Made by a program: the position numbers and the translations under genes
Part shown: piece by piece, positions 1-10,600 of the stretch
How positions within the stretch are numbered: position 1 is the first letter of the stretch
How the letters are laid out: each line of letters opens with the position of its first letter
Origin: a virus
Strand: one strand, 5' to 3'
Virus record (IMG/VR): IMGVR_UViG_3300002026_002465
Span: 113,949-177,948 of that record
DNA length: 64,000 bases
The notes under the pieces: model-generated
What the model was told of the DNA's origin: nothing
Databases searched by the model: none
What the model saw: only the letters and a program-made list of their open reading frames with translations

Positions 1-2
1 AT

Positions 3-1019
3 GAAGATATATTCTTTGATTCAACAATACAAACCGTATTTCTTAAAAAACTAAAAAAATATTATGGACATAAACTCTATATTACATTATATGAAAACAC
101 AGTTGAAGGATCATGGTGGCTTACATCTCCATCATTTATTCAAGATGTTGATTATACTTTAAATAAAGATAGTTGTGAAATAACTCGTATTACAACAGTT
201 GAAGGTGGAACTATACCATCTTCAACTAGAACATTAAGAGTTAGATATATAAAACAAGATGTTACAAAATTTAAAGAAAAAACTGTCAAGACATTTGATA
301 TTAATAATAAAATATATCTTGGTCTCTTTAATAACAAGCTTTTCCCATCAAATGAAATAAAAATTTATAATAATAAAATGACTGTTCAATATAAAGAAGA
401 TGTTGATTATAAGATTTATTGGACAAGTGGAATTATTGAATTAATTGTTGATAAGGCAATATTACCAGGACAAGCTGTTATTGTTTATTATACAGATAAT
501 TATGATGAAGAAGATAAATCATCTGAGGAATATAATCTTTTAAGTATAATAAAAAACAAAAAAATGATTTGTGTTGATAACTATGTTAAAGAATCTTTTA
601 TTACTCCATTTGACATTTCAGGAACAGTTTATTGTTATAAAAACATGAGATCAAATGTTACACAAAATCTTGAAAGTTATTTATTAGATAAATATAGTTT
701 ATTAAATGCAAGTTTTAATAAACCTATATTAATTCCAGATATTATTACAGATATAATGAATTTTAGTGGTGTTAGATTTTTTCAACCTGATTATGTTGGT
801 GAAAATTATCATTTATATAAAAAATATATAAGTGATGAAATCACATTTGAAGAATTAGATACCTTGGGTGCAAAGAATTATTTTAAAGAAGAGAATCAAC
901 AAATACCAGCAAATTATAGAACTCTATATGTTTTATCAAATAATGAATATGATGGAGATGAAACAATAGAAAATAGAATTCATGGTTTAATCTTAAAAAT
1001 TAAGGATTCTAATATATAA
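3..1019 (+). CDS. 5'-truncated baseplate-region structural protein
   Basis: Frame 3 is open from base 3 (EDIFFDSTIQ...) into the track ORF 378-1019; lies directly upstream of the baseplate wedge gene. Confidence 0.6.
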   Translation, partial: EDIFFDSTIQTVFLKKLKKYYGHKLYITLYENTVEGSWWLTSPSFIQDVDYTLNKDSCEITRITTVEGGTIPSSTRTLRVRYIKQDVTKFKEKTVKTFDINNKIYLGLFNNKLFPSNEIKIYNNKMTVQYKEDVDYKIYWTSGIIELIVDKAILPGQAVIVYYTDNYDEEDKSSEEYNLLSIIKNKKMICVDNYVKESFITPFDISGTVYCYKNMRSNVTQNLESYLLDKYSLLNASFNKPILIPDIITDIMNFSGVRFFQPDYVGENYHLYKKYISDEITFEELDTLGAKNYFKEENQQIPANYRTLYVLSNNEYDGDETIENRIHGLILKIKDSNI

Positions 1020-3775
1020 TGGGAAAAAGAACTTATTTTGATACGCCAGTAAAAATTTATACACTCTTGACAGAACATCCTATTATGAGTAATTTATTAT
1101 CAGAATTTAATATTGATAGTGATAATGTTAAGAAAGTTGTTATAACACTTTTTTCTCTTGATAATGAAATTACATCTACTCCATTAAATAATCTTTATTT
1201 TTATTCTGATATAATAGAAGCAATTGCTACTGATTATGGTTTTGATGCTCCTTATGATGATCAAGTATCTGCTAGTGGAACAAAATTATATGAGTTATTA
1301 AATTTTACTCTTTATTTATATAAATTTGGAACAGTTGATAATTTTTATGAACAAAATATATTAGATTTTTTACCAGAATATGATAGAGATTATATTAAAA
1401 GTGAACCAAAATTAAAACTCTTGTATGAATCAATTGGAAGAAAGCTTGATTCAATAGAACTTTCATTATCTAAGATGAAGGATATTTATGATATTGATGA
1501 TGTTCCTGAACAACTATTAGATTATTTAGGACAAAATATTGGATATGAAAAAGAAGATTACACCCTCCAAAATGTTTCATTTAGAGAGTTATTAAAAAAT
1601 ATAATTGAAATTTATAAAATAAAGGGAACTAATTATTCATTCTCTTTCTTTTTCAAATTTCTTGGTTTTGAAATAGCATTAAAAGAATTCTTTTTTAATC
1701 ATGATGTTTCAAATCCTGAAGGTTTTCCAGGAATAGAATCTAATAAAGTTGAATATTATTTAACTACAATTAATCCTATAAAAGATATAACAAATAATAA
1801 ACCAGCAAAATTTTTAAATAAAATAAAAAACATTAATGACTGGGATATTGAAATGAAAAGCCTTGAAGAAAAAGGTTGTATAAATTCTACAAAATATATG
1901 CTTGGATTTGAACCTTTTAATAATAGTAAAGATAATCCAAAATGGCACTCAAATCCATGGACTTATTTTAAAACAAATCTTATTGAATATAATTTATCAC
2001 AACTATCATCAAATTTAAATCTTACAGCAAGTGATAATGATACTATTAGAAAGTATGTAAAGTTTTTATCTCCAACTTATTTATTTACTTGGATAAATGT
2101 AAATCTATCTCCATGGATTGAACAAATTAATATTATTGTTGATTCTACAAAAGATTGGAATATATCAATAACTAATAACCTTGGTGATGTTAGACCAACA
2201 CCGTCACCATGGCCTTTTGGTTTAACTAAAAAAACAAATCAAGATCCTGGATTTAATGGTTTTAATAATGATGGAAAGTATTATGATCATGAACCATTAA
2301 ATGAAATATTAAAAGTATATAAACCTGGAGGAGAAACACTTACATTTAGTGTTAGTAATAATTTAAATCTTGGTGGTGTTGATTCAATTGGAACAACATT
2401 AAAAAGAAATGGTGTTTATGTTAGACAACCAGGAAACCCAAAATATATATCAAATATAACTCATAAGGGTGATAGAAAAATATCCTTTGACTTTATGGGA
2501 ATACAAGTAAAAGATTATATTAATATGAATAACCTTGTAACAGTAAATTATTATTCAGAATTGCCACAAAGTATTATTGATGATTCTGTTTATTTTGTAA
2601 CATTTAATCAAGGTAATTATCTTTCTGGTTATTATAGGTTTAATTCTTTAACAGGATGGGTTTATATTGAAACAGAAGACTATTCATATAGATCTTATCC
2701 ATCTACACCCGTAAAATCATTTCCAAATGATAATCAAATAATCTCAAATGGTAATTATTTACAACTATCATGGGAAGAAATTAAAGGTGCAGAACAATAT
2801 TGGATTCAAGTTTCAAAAGATTCAAAATTTAATAACTTAATAATAAATGATAAAACACTGACAACAAATTTTTTTACAAGTAATTATTTATTAAGTAACA
2901 ATAGATATTATTGGAAAATAAAAGTAAAAAACTCTGCTACTTTTCCAAATCTTCCTAAACAAAATATATTAAATTATCCAACTTTTGAACAAATAAACCC
3001 AGATAATTTTATTTGGACTCCATGGTCTAATAACTGGAAATTCACATTAAAAAGTCTTCCATTTCCTTATAATAATGAAATTATAAATGAAGAAACATTA
3101 TTCGTTAAAATAGATAATGATTTAACAACTTTTAATATTTCTTGGCCAAACATTCCTGGAGCATCTAAATATAAGATCCAAGTATTAGAAAGCAAACCAT
3201 TTGTTTGGATAAAAAAGGATCTTGAATGGGTTCAATCTTTTTCAAACTTAATGGAAAAAGAAATAGATGATGTTTGTTACGTTAAAGATGAACAAAAATC
3301 TTATAAATATACAAGCACCCAAAAAGACTGGGTTATTGTTGAAAAACCAGAATCTTTTAGTGTAATAGATCATTTTATAGATTTACCAAAAACTGAACAA
3401 AGACTTGGTGATTCTTGGCTTGTTATAGATAATGGTCAATATTATACTTGGACCTCTATTCAAAATGTATGGCAAGAATATACTCCTTTATATAATATGA
3501 TTGGAAATGTCAAAGATAATAATACTCTCTATCAAATAAATACTAGTCTTTATTCTGTTTGCTTTTTATTAGCAGAAAATGAATTTTATGAATATGTTCC
3601 AATAGAAAATACTTCTCAATATATTTCATCAGTATATGACACAATTGTTAAAGATAATTCTTTAAGTGTATCATTAAAAAATGGAACATATTATTGGAGA
3701 TATAGTAAATATAATTCTATAAATGATATAATGGTTTGGAGTGATATTTATAGTTTTACAATTAATTTTGCATAG
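1019..3775 (+). CDS. Baseplate wedge protein (P2 gpI / T4 gp7-like N-terminal domain) with FnIII-like C-terminal modules
   Basis: Motif DIDDVPEQLLDYLGQNIGY...RELLKNIIEIYKIKGT...FFKFLGF typical of gpI-like wedge proteins; LSWEEIKGAEQYWIQV and RYYWKIK are FnIII-like. Confidence 0.7.
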   Translation: MGKRTYFDTPVKIYTLLTEHPIMSNLLSEFNIDSDNVKKVVITLFSLDNEITSTPLNNLYFYSDIIEAIATDYGFDAPYDDQVSASGTKLYELLNFTLYLYKFGTVDNFYEQNILDFLPEYDRDYIKSEPKLKLLYESIGRKLDSIELSLSKMKDIYDIDDVPEQLLDYLGQNIGYEKEDYTLQNVSFRELLKNIIEIYKIKGTNYSFSFFFKFLGFEIALKEFFFNHDVSNPEGFPGIESNKVEYYLTTINPIKDITNNKPAKFLNKIKNINDWDIEMKSLEEKGCINSTKYMLGFEPFNNSKDNPKWHSNPWTYFKTNLIEYNLSQLSSNLNLTASDNDTIRKYVKFLSPTYLFTWINVNLSPWIEQINIIVDSTKDWNISITNNLGDVRPTPSPWPFGLTKKTNQDPGFNGFNNDGKYYDHEPLNEILKVYKPGGETLTFSVSNNLNLGGVDSIGTTLKRNGVYVRQPGNPKYISNITHKGDRKISFDFMGIQVKDYINMNNLVTVNYYSELPQSIIDDSVYFVTFNQGNYLSGYYRFNSLTGWVYIETEDYSYRSYPSTPVKSFPNDNQIISNGNYLQLSWEEIKGAEQYWIQVSKDSKFNNLIINDKTLTTNFFTSNYLLSNNRYYWKIKVKNSATFPNLPKQNILNYPTFEQINPDNFIWTPWSNNWKFTLKSLPFPYNNEIINEETLFVKIDNDLTTFNISWPNIPGASKYKIQVLESKPFVWIKKDLEWVQSFSNLMEKEIDDVCYVKDEQKSYKYTSTQKDWVIVEKPESFSVIDHFIDLPKTEQRLGDSWLVIDNGQYYTWTSIQNVWQEYTPLYNMIGNVKDNNTLYQINTSLYSVCFLLAENEFYEYVPIENTSQYISSVYDTIVKDNSLSVSLKNGTYYWRYSKYNSINDIMVWSDIYSFTINFA

Positions 3776-3794
3776 TTTAATAAGGAGATTTAAA

Positions 3795-4601
3795 ATGAAT
3801 TGGTTAGAAAATATTAAAATGCCTAAAGGATATCTTGAGATAATTATAACTGATCACAAAACAGGTGAAATTCTTCGCCATGATGAAGATCATAATCAGA
3901 TACAAGACTGGACAAGACATGCTCTAACATATTTACAATCTGGTAGATTGTTTTCTACATGGGGAAATCATGGTGAAACATTTATAGATACAGGTCTTAG
4001 TTTAAGTTATGATCACATCTCACATTTTAAAGATAGTACTGATGGAACTGGTCTTGGAGAAAGAGAAGTTTCTTCACCATGGACATATACAGATTCAATG
4101 GCAGGTCTTATTCAAATAAGAACACAAGAATTAGGTGATTTAACAGGAGCAACAACAACAATTGGATCTGCTCTTTATCCTTTCTTTCCAACAAAAATGA
4201 GATTTGGAATTGGAGGACTTGATGCTGATCAAAATCCAAAAACTGGTATTTCAACATCAGCAACAAACTTACAAAATGTTTTAGATGTTTTTCCATTCGT
4301 TACAATAGATAGAACACGTGCAGTAAATGCTCAACATATTACTCTTGCAGAAGGTGATATTGGAGTTGTAAATAAAGTTACATTTTCTGTAAAATTACCA
4401 GGAGGGGGAGCTAATTTCCCTTATGATAATTATGTTATATCAGAAGCAGGATTGTTTTGTGATGCAGCATTAAAAGTAATTAAAAATGGAAATACTGATA
4501 ATAATATGAGAACAGGTATTATGCTTGCTTATAGAACATTCTATGGTATAACTAAGAATCCATCAATTGATTGCACATTTAATTGGACCCTACAATTTTA
4601 G
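3795..4601 (+). CDS. Baseplate/tail-fibre attachment protein
   Basis: SD AAGGAG before ATG 3795; KGYLEIII...HNQI N-terminus and ISEAGLF...LAYRTF..ITK...FNWTLQF C-terminus resemble gpH-N/baseplate proteins. Confidence 0.6.
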   Translation: MNWLENIKMPKGYLEIIITDHKTGEILRHDEDHNQIQDWTRHALTYLQSGRLFSTWGNHGETFIDTGLSLSYDHISHFKDSTDGTGLGEREVSSPWTYTDSMAGLIQIRTQELGDLTGATTTIGSALYPFFPTKMRFGIGGLDADQNPKTGISTSATNLQNVLDVFPFVTIDRTRAVNAQHITLAEGDIGVVNKVTFSVKLPGGGANFPYDNYVISEAGLFCDAALKVIKNGNTDNNMRTGIMLAYRTFYGITKNPSIDCTFNWTLQF

Positions 4602-4627
4602 GTAAAAACCTAAAAAGTAATATCTAC

Positions 4628-4657
4628 AAGCATACTCCTATGGAGTATGCTTTTTTT
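4628..4657 (+). terminator. Rho-independent terminator
   Basis: AAGCATACTCC-TAT-GGAGTATGCTT followed by a T run, after the baseplate operon. Confidence 0.85.
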
Positions 4658-4728
4658 ATGTAATAATGGATTATTATGTGTTATATAACAAAGATATCAT
4701 ATGCAAAATCATTATTATCAGTGGATGA

Positions 4729-5187
4729 TTGTCACTTTTTACTTATGGAATTGGGACTAATTACGATTCATGTTATATGGGCAAAGATTTTTTTGGAAAA
4801 TATTTTCAATTTTTTTATGCTTATAGAACTAAATATTATTATGAAAAAAATATTATATTAAGTGCTGATTGGATTGATTTTGATGGATTAAAATTTAATA
4901 AAATTAAAAATATAAAGGGTGATGTATATGATGAAAGAGGTAATGGAAAAATTGCTGACAATTATTTAGTATATATTGAAGATAAATTTTATTTAATAAA
5001 AGGTGTTAGGTCAATATCATCCTCTTTTGGTGGCACATCAAAAGGCGTTTCATATGACATATTAAGAGTTAAAACAAAGGAATTAGATCCTGAAAACAAT
5101 CTTGATTATATTACATTCAATATAAAAACTGTAGAAGGATTTAAAAGAAAAATGACTCAATTAGATGTTGAGATATTTGAAATATAA
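4729..5187 (+). CDS. Hypothetical protein (may extend to ATG 4666 across an in-frame TGA)
   Basis: 152-aa ORF with TTG start; an upstream 20-codon ORF is in the same frame. Confidence 0.45.
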   Translation: MSLFTYGIGTNYDSCYMGKDFFGKYFQFFYAYRTKYYYEKNIILSADWIDFDGLKFNKIKNIKGDVYDERGNGKIADNYLVYIEDKFYLIKGVRSISSSFGGTSKGVSYDILRVKTKELDPENNLDYITFNIKTVEGFKRKMTQLDVEIFEI

Positions 5188-5216
5188 GGCACCTTTTTAA
5201 CAAGGTGTCTTTTTTT
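5186..5216 (+). terminator. Rho-independent terminator
   Basis: AAGGCACCTT-TTTAAC-AAGGTGTCTT plus T run. Confidence 0.8.
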
Positions 5217-5225
5217 ATGCAAGAT
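5197..5225 (+). promoter_or_regulatory. Candidate sigma70 promoter embedded in terminator (TTAACA-N17-CAAGAT)
   Basis: -35-like TTAACA 5197-5202, 17-nt spacer, -10-like CAAGAT 5220-5225, ATG 6 nt later with no SD. Confidence 0.35.
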
Positions 5226-5231
5226 AATTAT

Positions 5232-5468
5232 ATGACAATATATAAGCATTTATATGGAGACAGTAAAACAATAAGATATTATTTTATTGTTGGAGATGAT
5301 TATTATGTTCAAAAATTGAATAATTTTTCCAAAACATATAAATCTTCATTTTTAGAAATAAAGGCTACAAGAAGTGATACTTATATAAGTGAATTTACAG
5401 ATGTGACTATTGAAGATGTTCCTACTAAAGTTATAAAACTATTATTAGATTGTGTTTTTAATGATTAG
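5232..5468 (+). CDS. Hypothetical protein
   Basis: In-frame ATG 5232 of track ORF 5205-5468 (the upstream part overlaps the terminator). Confidence 0.55.
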   Translation: MTIYKHLYGDSKTIRYYFIVGDDYYVQKLNNFSKTYKSSFLEIKATRSDTYISEFTDVTIEDVPTKVIKLLLDCVFND

Positions 5469-5469
5469 C

Positions 5470-5526
5470 TGTTCATATTATGAACAGGCTGTTTTCTTGG
5501 TGAACTCTACTGTTCACCTGGTGAAC
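5470..5526. promoter_or_regulatory. Cluster of GTTCAY-N3-RTGAAC palindromes (operator-like)
   Basis: GTTCAT-ATT-ATGAAC 5471-5485, GTGAAC 5500-5505, GTTCAC-CTG-GTGAAC 5512-5526 in intergenic DNA. Confidence 0.45.
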
Positions 5527-5572
5527 GTATAAATATAGTCTTATAAAAATAAGTACTACTAAGGAGGATATA

Positions 5573-5779
5573 ATGCCAAAAATTAGATTTGGAGAATACT
5601 TAGTTCAAAAACAAATAATTACCCAAGAACAGTTAAATAAAGCTTTACTTATTCAAAAAGAAGATACTTTAGAAGGTTATCATAGAATGATAGGATTTGT
5701 TCTTTTAAATGAATATAAATTATTTTCAAAAGATGGTTTATATGATTTATTAAAGGAATGGGAAAATGGAAAAGATTGA
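5573..5779 (+). CDS. Stand-alone MshEN-like (PilB/GspE N-terminal, c-di-GMP-binding type) micro-protein
   Basis: RFGEYLVQKQIITQEQLNKALLIQ matches the 24-residue MshEN motif RLGxxLLxxGLIxxxxLxxxLxxQ; second half-motif MIGFVLL; SD AAGGAGG. Confidence 0.7.
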   Translation: MPKIRFGEYLVQKQIITQEQLNKALLIQKEDTLEGYHRMIGFVLLNEYKLFSKDGLYDLLKEWENGKD

Positions 5780-6023
5780 AGATTTTTTATATCAACCATT
5801 TGTTGGAAATGGTGGTTCAAATTTTGTGATAATTCGTGGATCTATTAATGGCCAGTTTTATGGACTATTATATGACATAGGTAAAATATACAAACTTACA
5901 TTTTTAAATGAATTAAATGCCAAATATTTTATAAAAACAAATAAAGGTGTGCCTACAGACAAAATACCAGAAGAGACTATGAGATTATTTGTTAAAAGAG
6001 CAATGGATAATGGAAACACATAA
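5766..6023 (+). CDS. Hypothetical protein
   Basis: 85-aa ORF overlapping both neighbours. Confidence 0.6.
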   Translation: MEKIEDFLYQPFVGNGGSNFVIIRGSINGQFYGLLYDIGKIYKLTFLNELNAKYFIKTNKGVPTDKIPEETMRLFVKRAMDNGNT

Positions 6024-6588
6024 TCATGCAGTTTTAAAAGTTAAAGCATTAGAGTGGTTATATTTAAATGCAAAATGTCAATATGTTACAACTGAATTAA
6101 AAATAGGAAGATATATTTTCGATGTTGTAGGATGTGATGGTAGTAGAGTATTTATAATTGAAGCAAAACAAGATATAAATGATTATATAAGAGATTTAAA
6201 CAATCCTAATGAAATAAAAGAAAATATACTTTTATTAAAAAAAGAATTTTTAATAGATAATAATAAAGAGAAATATGTTGATAATGTAAAAAAAGAAAGA
6301 GAAAAAAGTATAAAATTTTTAGATGATAGTTTATTAAAGCTTTCTTCACATAGATATTTAATAACTCCAGATGGAATGTTAACAGAGGAAAACACTCCAC
6401 AAGGATGGGGATTATTAAATGAGGAACCAAGAGTTATAAAAAAATGTGATGGAAACAGAATAGACAAGAAAATAGCTGAAAAGATTATTCGAGATATTTG
6501 TGTGAGAAACACCAAGATATATCTAGAAATGAAAGAAGGAGTAGAATTTGGAAAACAAGTAACCTTTCCAGATTTAATGTTATTATGA
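6010..6588 (+). CDS. PD-(D/E)XK nuclease-fold protein (MmcB-like)
   Basis: E...FDVVG...IIEAK catalytic pattern; HRYLITP...PQGWGLL C-terminal motif. Confidence 0.6.
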   Translation: METHNHAVLKVKALEWLYLNAKCQYVTTELKIGRYIFDVVGCDGSRVFIIEAKQDINDYIRDLNNPNEIKENILLLKKEFLIDNNKEKYVDNVKKEREKSIKFLDDSLLKLSSHRYLITPDGMLTEENTPQGWGLLNEEPRVIKKCDGNRIDKKIAEKIIRDICVRNTKIYLEMKEGVEFGKQVTFPDLMLL

Positions 6589-6589
6589 T

Positions 6590-6733
6590 ATTGTTTGGAG
6601 CACTAGTAAAGATGATGAATTAGTTGAAAGAGTTGTTTCTGGTGGAATGTCATTAACAAGAATTTTTGATTCAAAAGAAGAAAAAGATTGTGAAAGATTA
6701 ATTTCTTTGTTTTTTGAAAGAAAAGATGAATAA
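6590..6733 (+). CDS. Possible 47-aa protein (non-canonical ATT start)
   Basis: Open frame VWSTSKDDELVERVV...ERKDE fills the gap; no ATG at its 5' end. Confidence 0.25.
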   Translation: MVWSTSKDDELVERVVSGGMSLTRIFDSKEEKDCERLISLFFERKDE

Positions 6734-6812
6734 TTTAAAATAATTGAATAAGATATATTGAAGCCTCTAATTGCTTCTGAAGCAAAATGGTATATAAAAT
6801 ATAGAGGGTATA

Positions 6813-7223
6813 ATGGAATTTGAACAAGTATTAAACGAATCTTTTAAAAAGTATAAATTGACTTATATAGGTAGTAGAAAAGACTACAAGATTCACGATC
6901 CAAATCCAATGGTTCTTGCCGTTGATGAAAAGTATGATGTTGACGGCAATGGAGAATCAATTCTTGGAATAAACCTTAATTATTATAAAGGTGATAAAAG
7001 TAAACTCATTGATGATATAAATAAAAAAGACAATGAAGCTGGATTTCGTAATTTTGAAATAATGGCTAAATTGAAAAAACAATTTAATAATGAAAAAGAT
7101 TGGGAGATTGAAGAAAGAAAGAGAAGATATAGTCATCTTTCCACTCAGTTTCCACATATGATGAAGTTTATTCGTCGTTATAAACTTTCTGGAATAGAAA
7201 GTAAAAAACGCAAATTCTTTTAA
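6813..7223 (+). CDS. Putative T4 gp2-like DNA end-protector protein
   Basis: DPNPMVL...LGINLNY...IRRYKLSGIES resembles the gp2 pattern (P-L...G-I-N-L-H-Y...K-R-Y); N-terminal MEFEQVLNE. Confidence 0.4.
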   Translation: MEFEQVLNESFKKYKLTYIGSRKDYKIHDPNPMVLAVDEKYDVDGNGESILGINLNYYKGDKSKLIDDINKKDNEAGFRNFEIMAKLKKQFNNEKDWEIEERKRRYSHLSTQFPHMMKFIRRYKLSGIESKKRKFF

Positions 7224-7236
7224 TAATTGAGGGTAA

Positions 7237-7626
7237 ATGAAATTTAACAATCTAATACAAGAAGCATCTCAAGAAATAGTCACTAATTTTAATTCTTTTT
7301 ATGATGAAATAAAAACTAAAAAAGAAATTTTAAATTATGGTGATTTACGTATGCGTGAGATATATCCATCTAATAATAATTACTCAATGCAATTTCAATT
7401 AAAACCAAAATATTCAAATTTAGAAAATAGTGATGAAAATATAAAATATATAATTAGATTATTAAAAGATATAGCAGTTAAATATAATCAAGATGCAAAA
7501 GTCAAAAGAGAAATTGCAATAAACAATCAAGCTGTTATAAAGATAATATTTAAGGATATTCAACAGGGAGAAAACATGAATAAAGAAAATAATATAGGTT
7601 TAAATAGACTTGGGGGTACAATTTGA
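7237..7626 (+). CDS. Hypothetical, candidate internal head protein
   Basis: N-terminus MKFNNLIQE resembles a T4 capsid-targeting leader. Confidence 0.55.
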   Translation: MKFNNLIQEASQEIVTNFNSFYDEIKTKKEILNYGDLRMREIYPSNNNYSMQFQLKPKYSNLENSDENIKYIIRLLKDIAVKYNQDAKVKREIAINNQAVIKIIFKDIQQGENMNKENNIGLNRLGGTI

Positions 7627-10600
7627 GTGTTATCAAACGTTGGTCAACAGGTTCAATAGGTAATGAATATCCAGATCACAAGGAAAGAAATAATCCAAAT
7701 ACAAAGGGTCTTTCTTATGAAGGCTCTGAAATAGTAGGTCCTGGTATTGAAGGATATATTGAAGAAGATGAAGTTCTTGCTTCTAGTGATAATAGACCAT
7801 TAAAAAACTTGGTTGAAAATGATATTATTCTTGATAAAAATATTTCAGATGTTGCATCTGAAGTTGATCATGGAATTTTCAAAAATAGATATAATGAATT
7901 TAAATTAGATATTTTAACACAAGATTATTTAAATGATCCTGAAATTCAATCAACAGAATTTCTTACAACACTATTAAGAATTAACTCAGGATCTTCTATT
8001 ATTAATGGTAAAGTTACTCGTATTGGTAATCAAAAAATATTATACTTTATGAGAACAACTGACAGTTCAATTATTTTCCCTGATTATGAAAATAACACAG
8101 ATTCAATTTTAATTGAAATAAATGATGATAATTATTTTAATGATTATAATGTTGTATATACTACAATATCAGATACTCTTCCTAATAATTTTGAATCATA
8201 TGAAGTAAAAATAACAAATAAATCAACAATAAATACTTCTGTTGAAGACAGAGTATTAATATATAAAATATATAGAGATTGGGAAGATATAACTCCATTA
8301 AAAGCTGACTCTAAAGAAGCAAAAAATGAAATAATTAATTTCCAAAATGATATTAACTTTGGTAAAACTAGTGATGGTTATTGGTTAAAATCTCCAACAG
8401 GTCTTGGAGACCCAATAAAAGGAACGTTTGTTACTGATGTAAAAATAAAAAAAGATATTGAAATAAAAGACAAATTTCTAGAAAAAGATTTATTTACAAT
8501 AAATACAACAACTGGAAAAAAAGAATACGAAATCATAACAGATGGTATTTTCTTTAATGATATTCAATGGTTTATAGCTGATGAATTAATAGATAAATCA
8601 GCTGATATTCAAGATATTTATGTTGATGAAAACAACAATATATATTTTATTATTAGATCAAAAACATCAACACAATTATATTATAAGGCAGCAACATCAA
8701 CTCAGCTTGTTGCAAAACCAATAAGAAATGTAGGTGAACCAAATACTATTTCAGTTAATACTAGATTAAAACAAATTAAAAATTATTTGTTTGTATATGG
8801 CACGAATGGTTTCATAAGAGCAGTTCAATTAGATAGCAATAATTATATAGAAACTCCAGCACTTGTATTTAGTAATATTCAAACAACACAAGAAATAACT
8901 TCTATATATGTTTGGAATGATCAAATTTGGATTGCAGGTGAAAATACATTATGGCATTCTAATCAAACATTATCTTCAATAAGTAATTATTCTACAATAT
9001 TTCCAACCTGGACATTTACAGAATTAAAATTGAATGATGTTGTAAAAGATTTATCAGGTCAACCAATTGTTAAAAAAATAACAACTCTTGAAAGAACAAA
9101 AGGAAATATTATTGTTGATACTGCTATTAATACTAATATTTTTAACTTGGTAAAAAATGGTTCTTTTGAACAGGGAACACCAGGACAAATACCAACAAAT
9201 TGGAATCTTACTGATGATCTTTCTGAATTAAATGCAGAATTATTATCAACATTTGAAATGACTCAATCATCTGGAAGTTCAAACACAGATAGATGGGGAA
9301 ATTATAAAGGTATATTAAAACTTGGATCTGGTGTTACAAGAGCTACAGTTTATCAAGATTTTATATTAGAAGAAAATTCTCAAAATAAAATATATAACTT
9401 TTCTGTTTTCTTGAAATCAGGAGTTCCACAAGGTTCAACTATAAAAATAGCTGAATATAATAGTGACAATGAAATTGTAACAAGTATTGATAGTGGTCTT
9501 TTAAATACTTCAAGTGAATCTTGGGTTATTGATAATACAAATGTTAACACATGGATTAGACCTGAAATTGCATTTAGAATTGCAAATAATAATTCAAAAT
9601 ATTTAAGATTTAGTATTAACTGTGAAAGTGCAAGTCCTCTTCAAATAGATGGTGTTCAATTAGAGGAAATTAATAACTCTGGTATTGAAATAACAAATAT
9701 CACATGTGCTGCAGATATTGATGGATCACTTTCAGGAAAATATTTATTAATAAGTTCACCTTTACATAATTATTATGCTTGGATAAATGTTGACATGGAT
9801 TTGAATGGTCAAGGTGATTCTATAGATCCAAAGTTATTAGAAACTTTTGATGGAAGTGGTATATCTAAATATCCTGTTTTATTAAATAAAACAGGAATTC
9901 AAGTTCTTATTTCTAAAAATTCTCATGCAGATGTTGTTGCAGAAAAAGTTGCAAAGGCTATAAATTTTGTTTCAGATCTTGTTGCATATAGAATACAAAA
10001 CACAATTCAAGTTCAAGTAAGTAGTGAAATACCAGGTCAAGTTGCTGATGCTAGTATTGCTACATTAGGATCAGTTGGATTTTTTATAGACATTGTAGTT
10101 CAAGGTCTTTATAAGGCTTCTCAATATATAGAAAATTATGAATATTTGTTTATTGGTTTTGAAAAATTTGAATCTAATAGAACAGATCAACCTTTCGCTT
10201 TTATTGATATTGCAAACCCAACAGGACCACAAGCAATTAAATATGTATTAGGAAAATATGGTAATGTAATGAGAATCAATGCTGCCATACATGATGATTC
10301 AAATAGAATGTATGTAACAGATGATAAGAGAATTTATACTTTAACATTCCTTAATAACTATAATATGTATGATCGTTTTACAATGGTTGATATTAGTAAT
10401 AAAAATTCAAATGAATTAGATTTTAGTTCTAATATTTATAAGTTTGAAACAATAGCAAAATTTAATAATAGAATTATGTTTGGTGGAACAGTTGATAATC
10501 GTGTTATTAAAGCAAAATATGGAATAGATGATAAAAAAGATCATACTATAGAATTTGTTGATGCTCTAGATGGATTTAAGAGTTTTAATAGTTTATTTGG

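Noticed and set aside
5528-5535. TATAAATA as the general late promoter
   Set aside because: Only one intergenic copy was seen; it is absent upstream of the other structural operons
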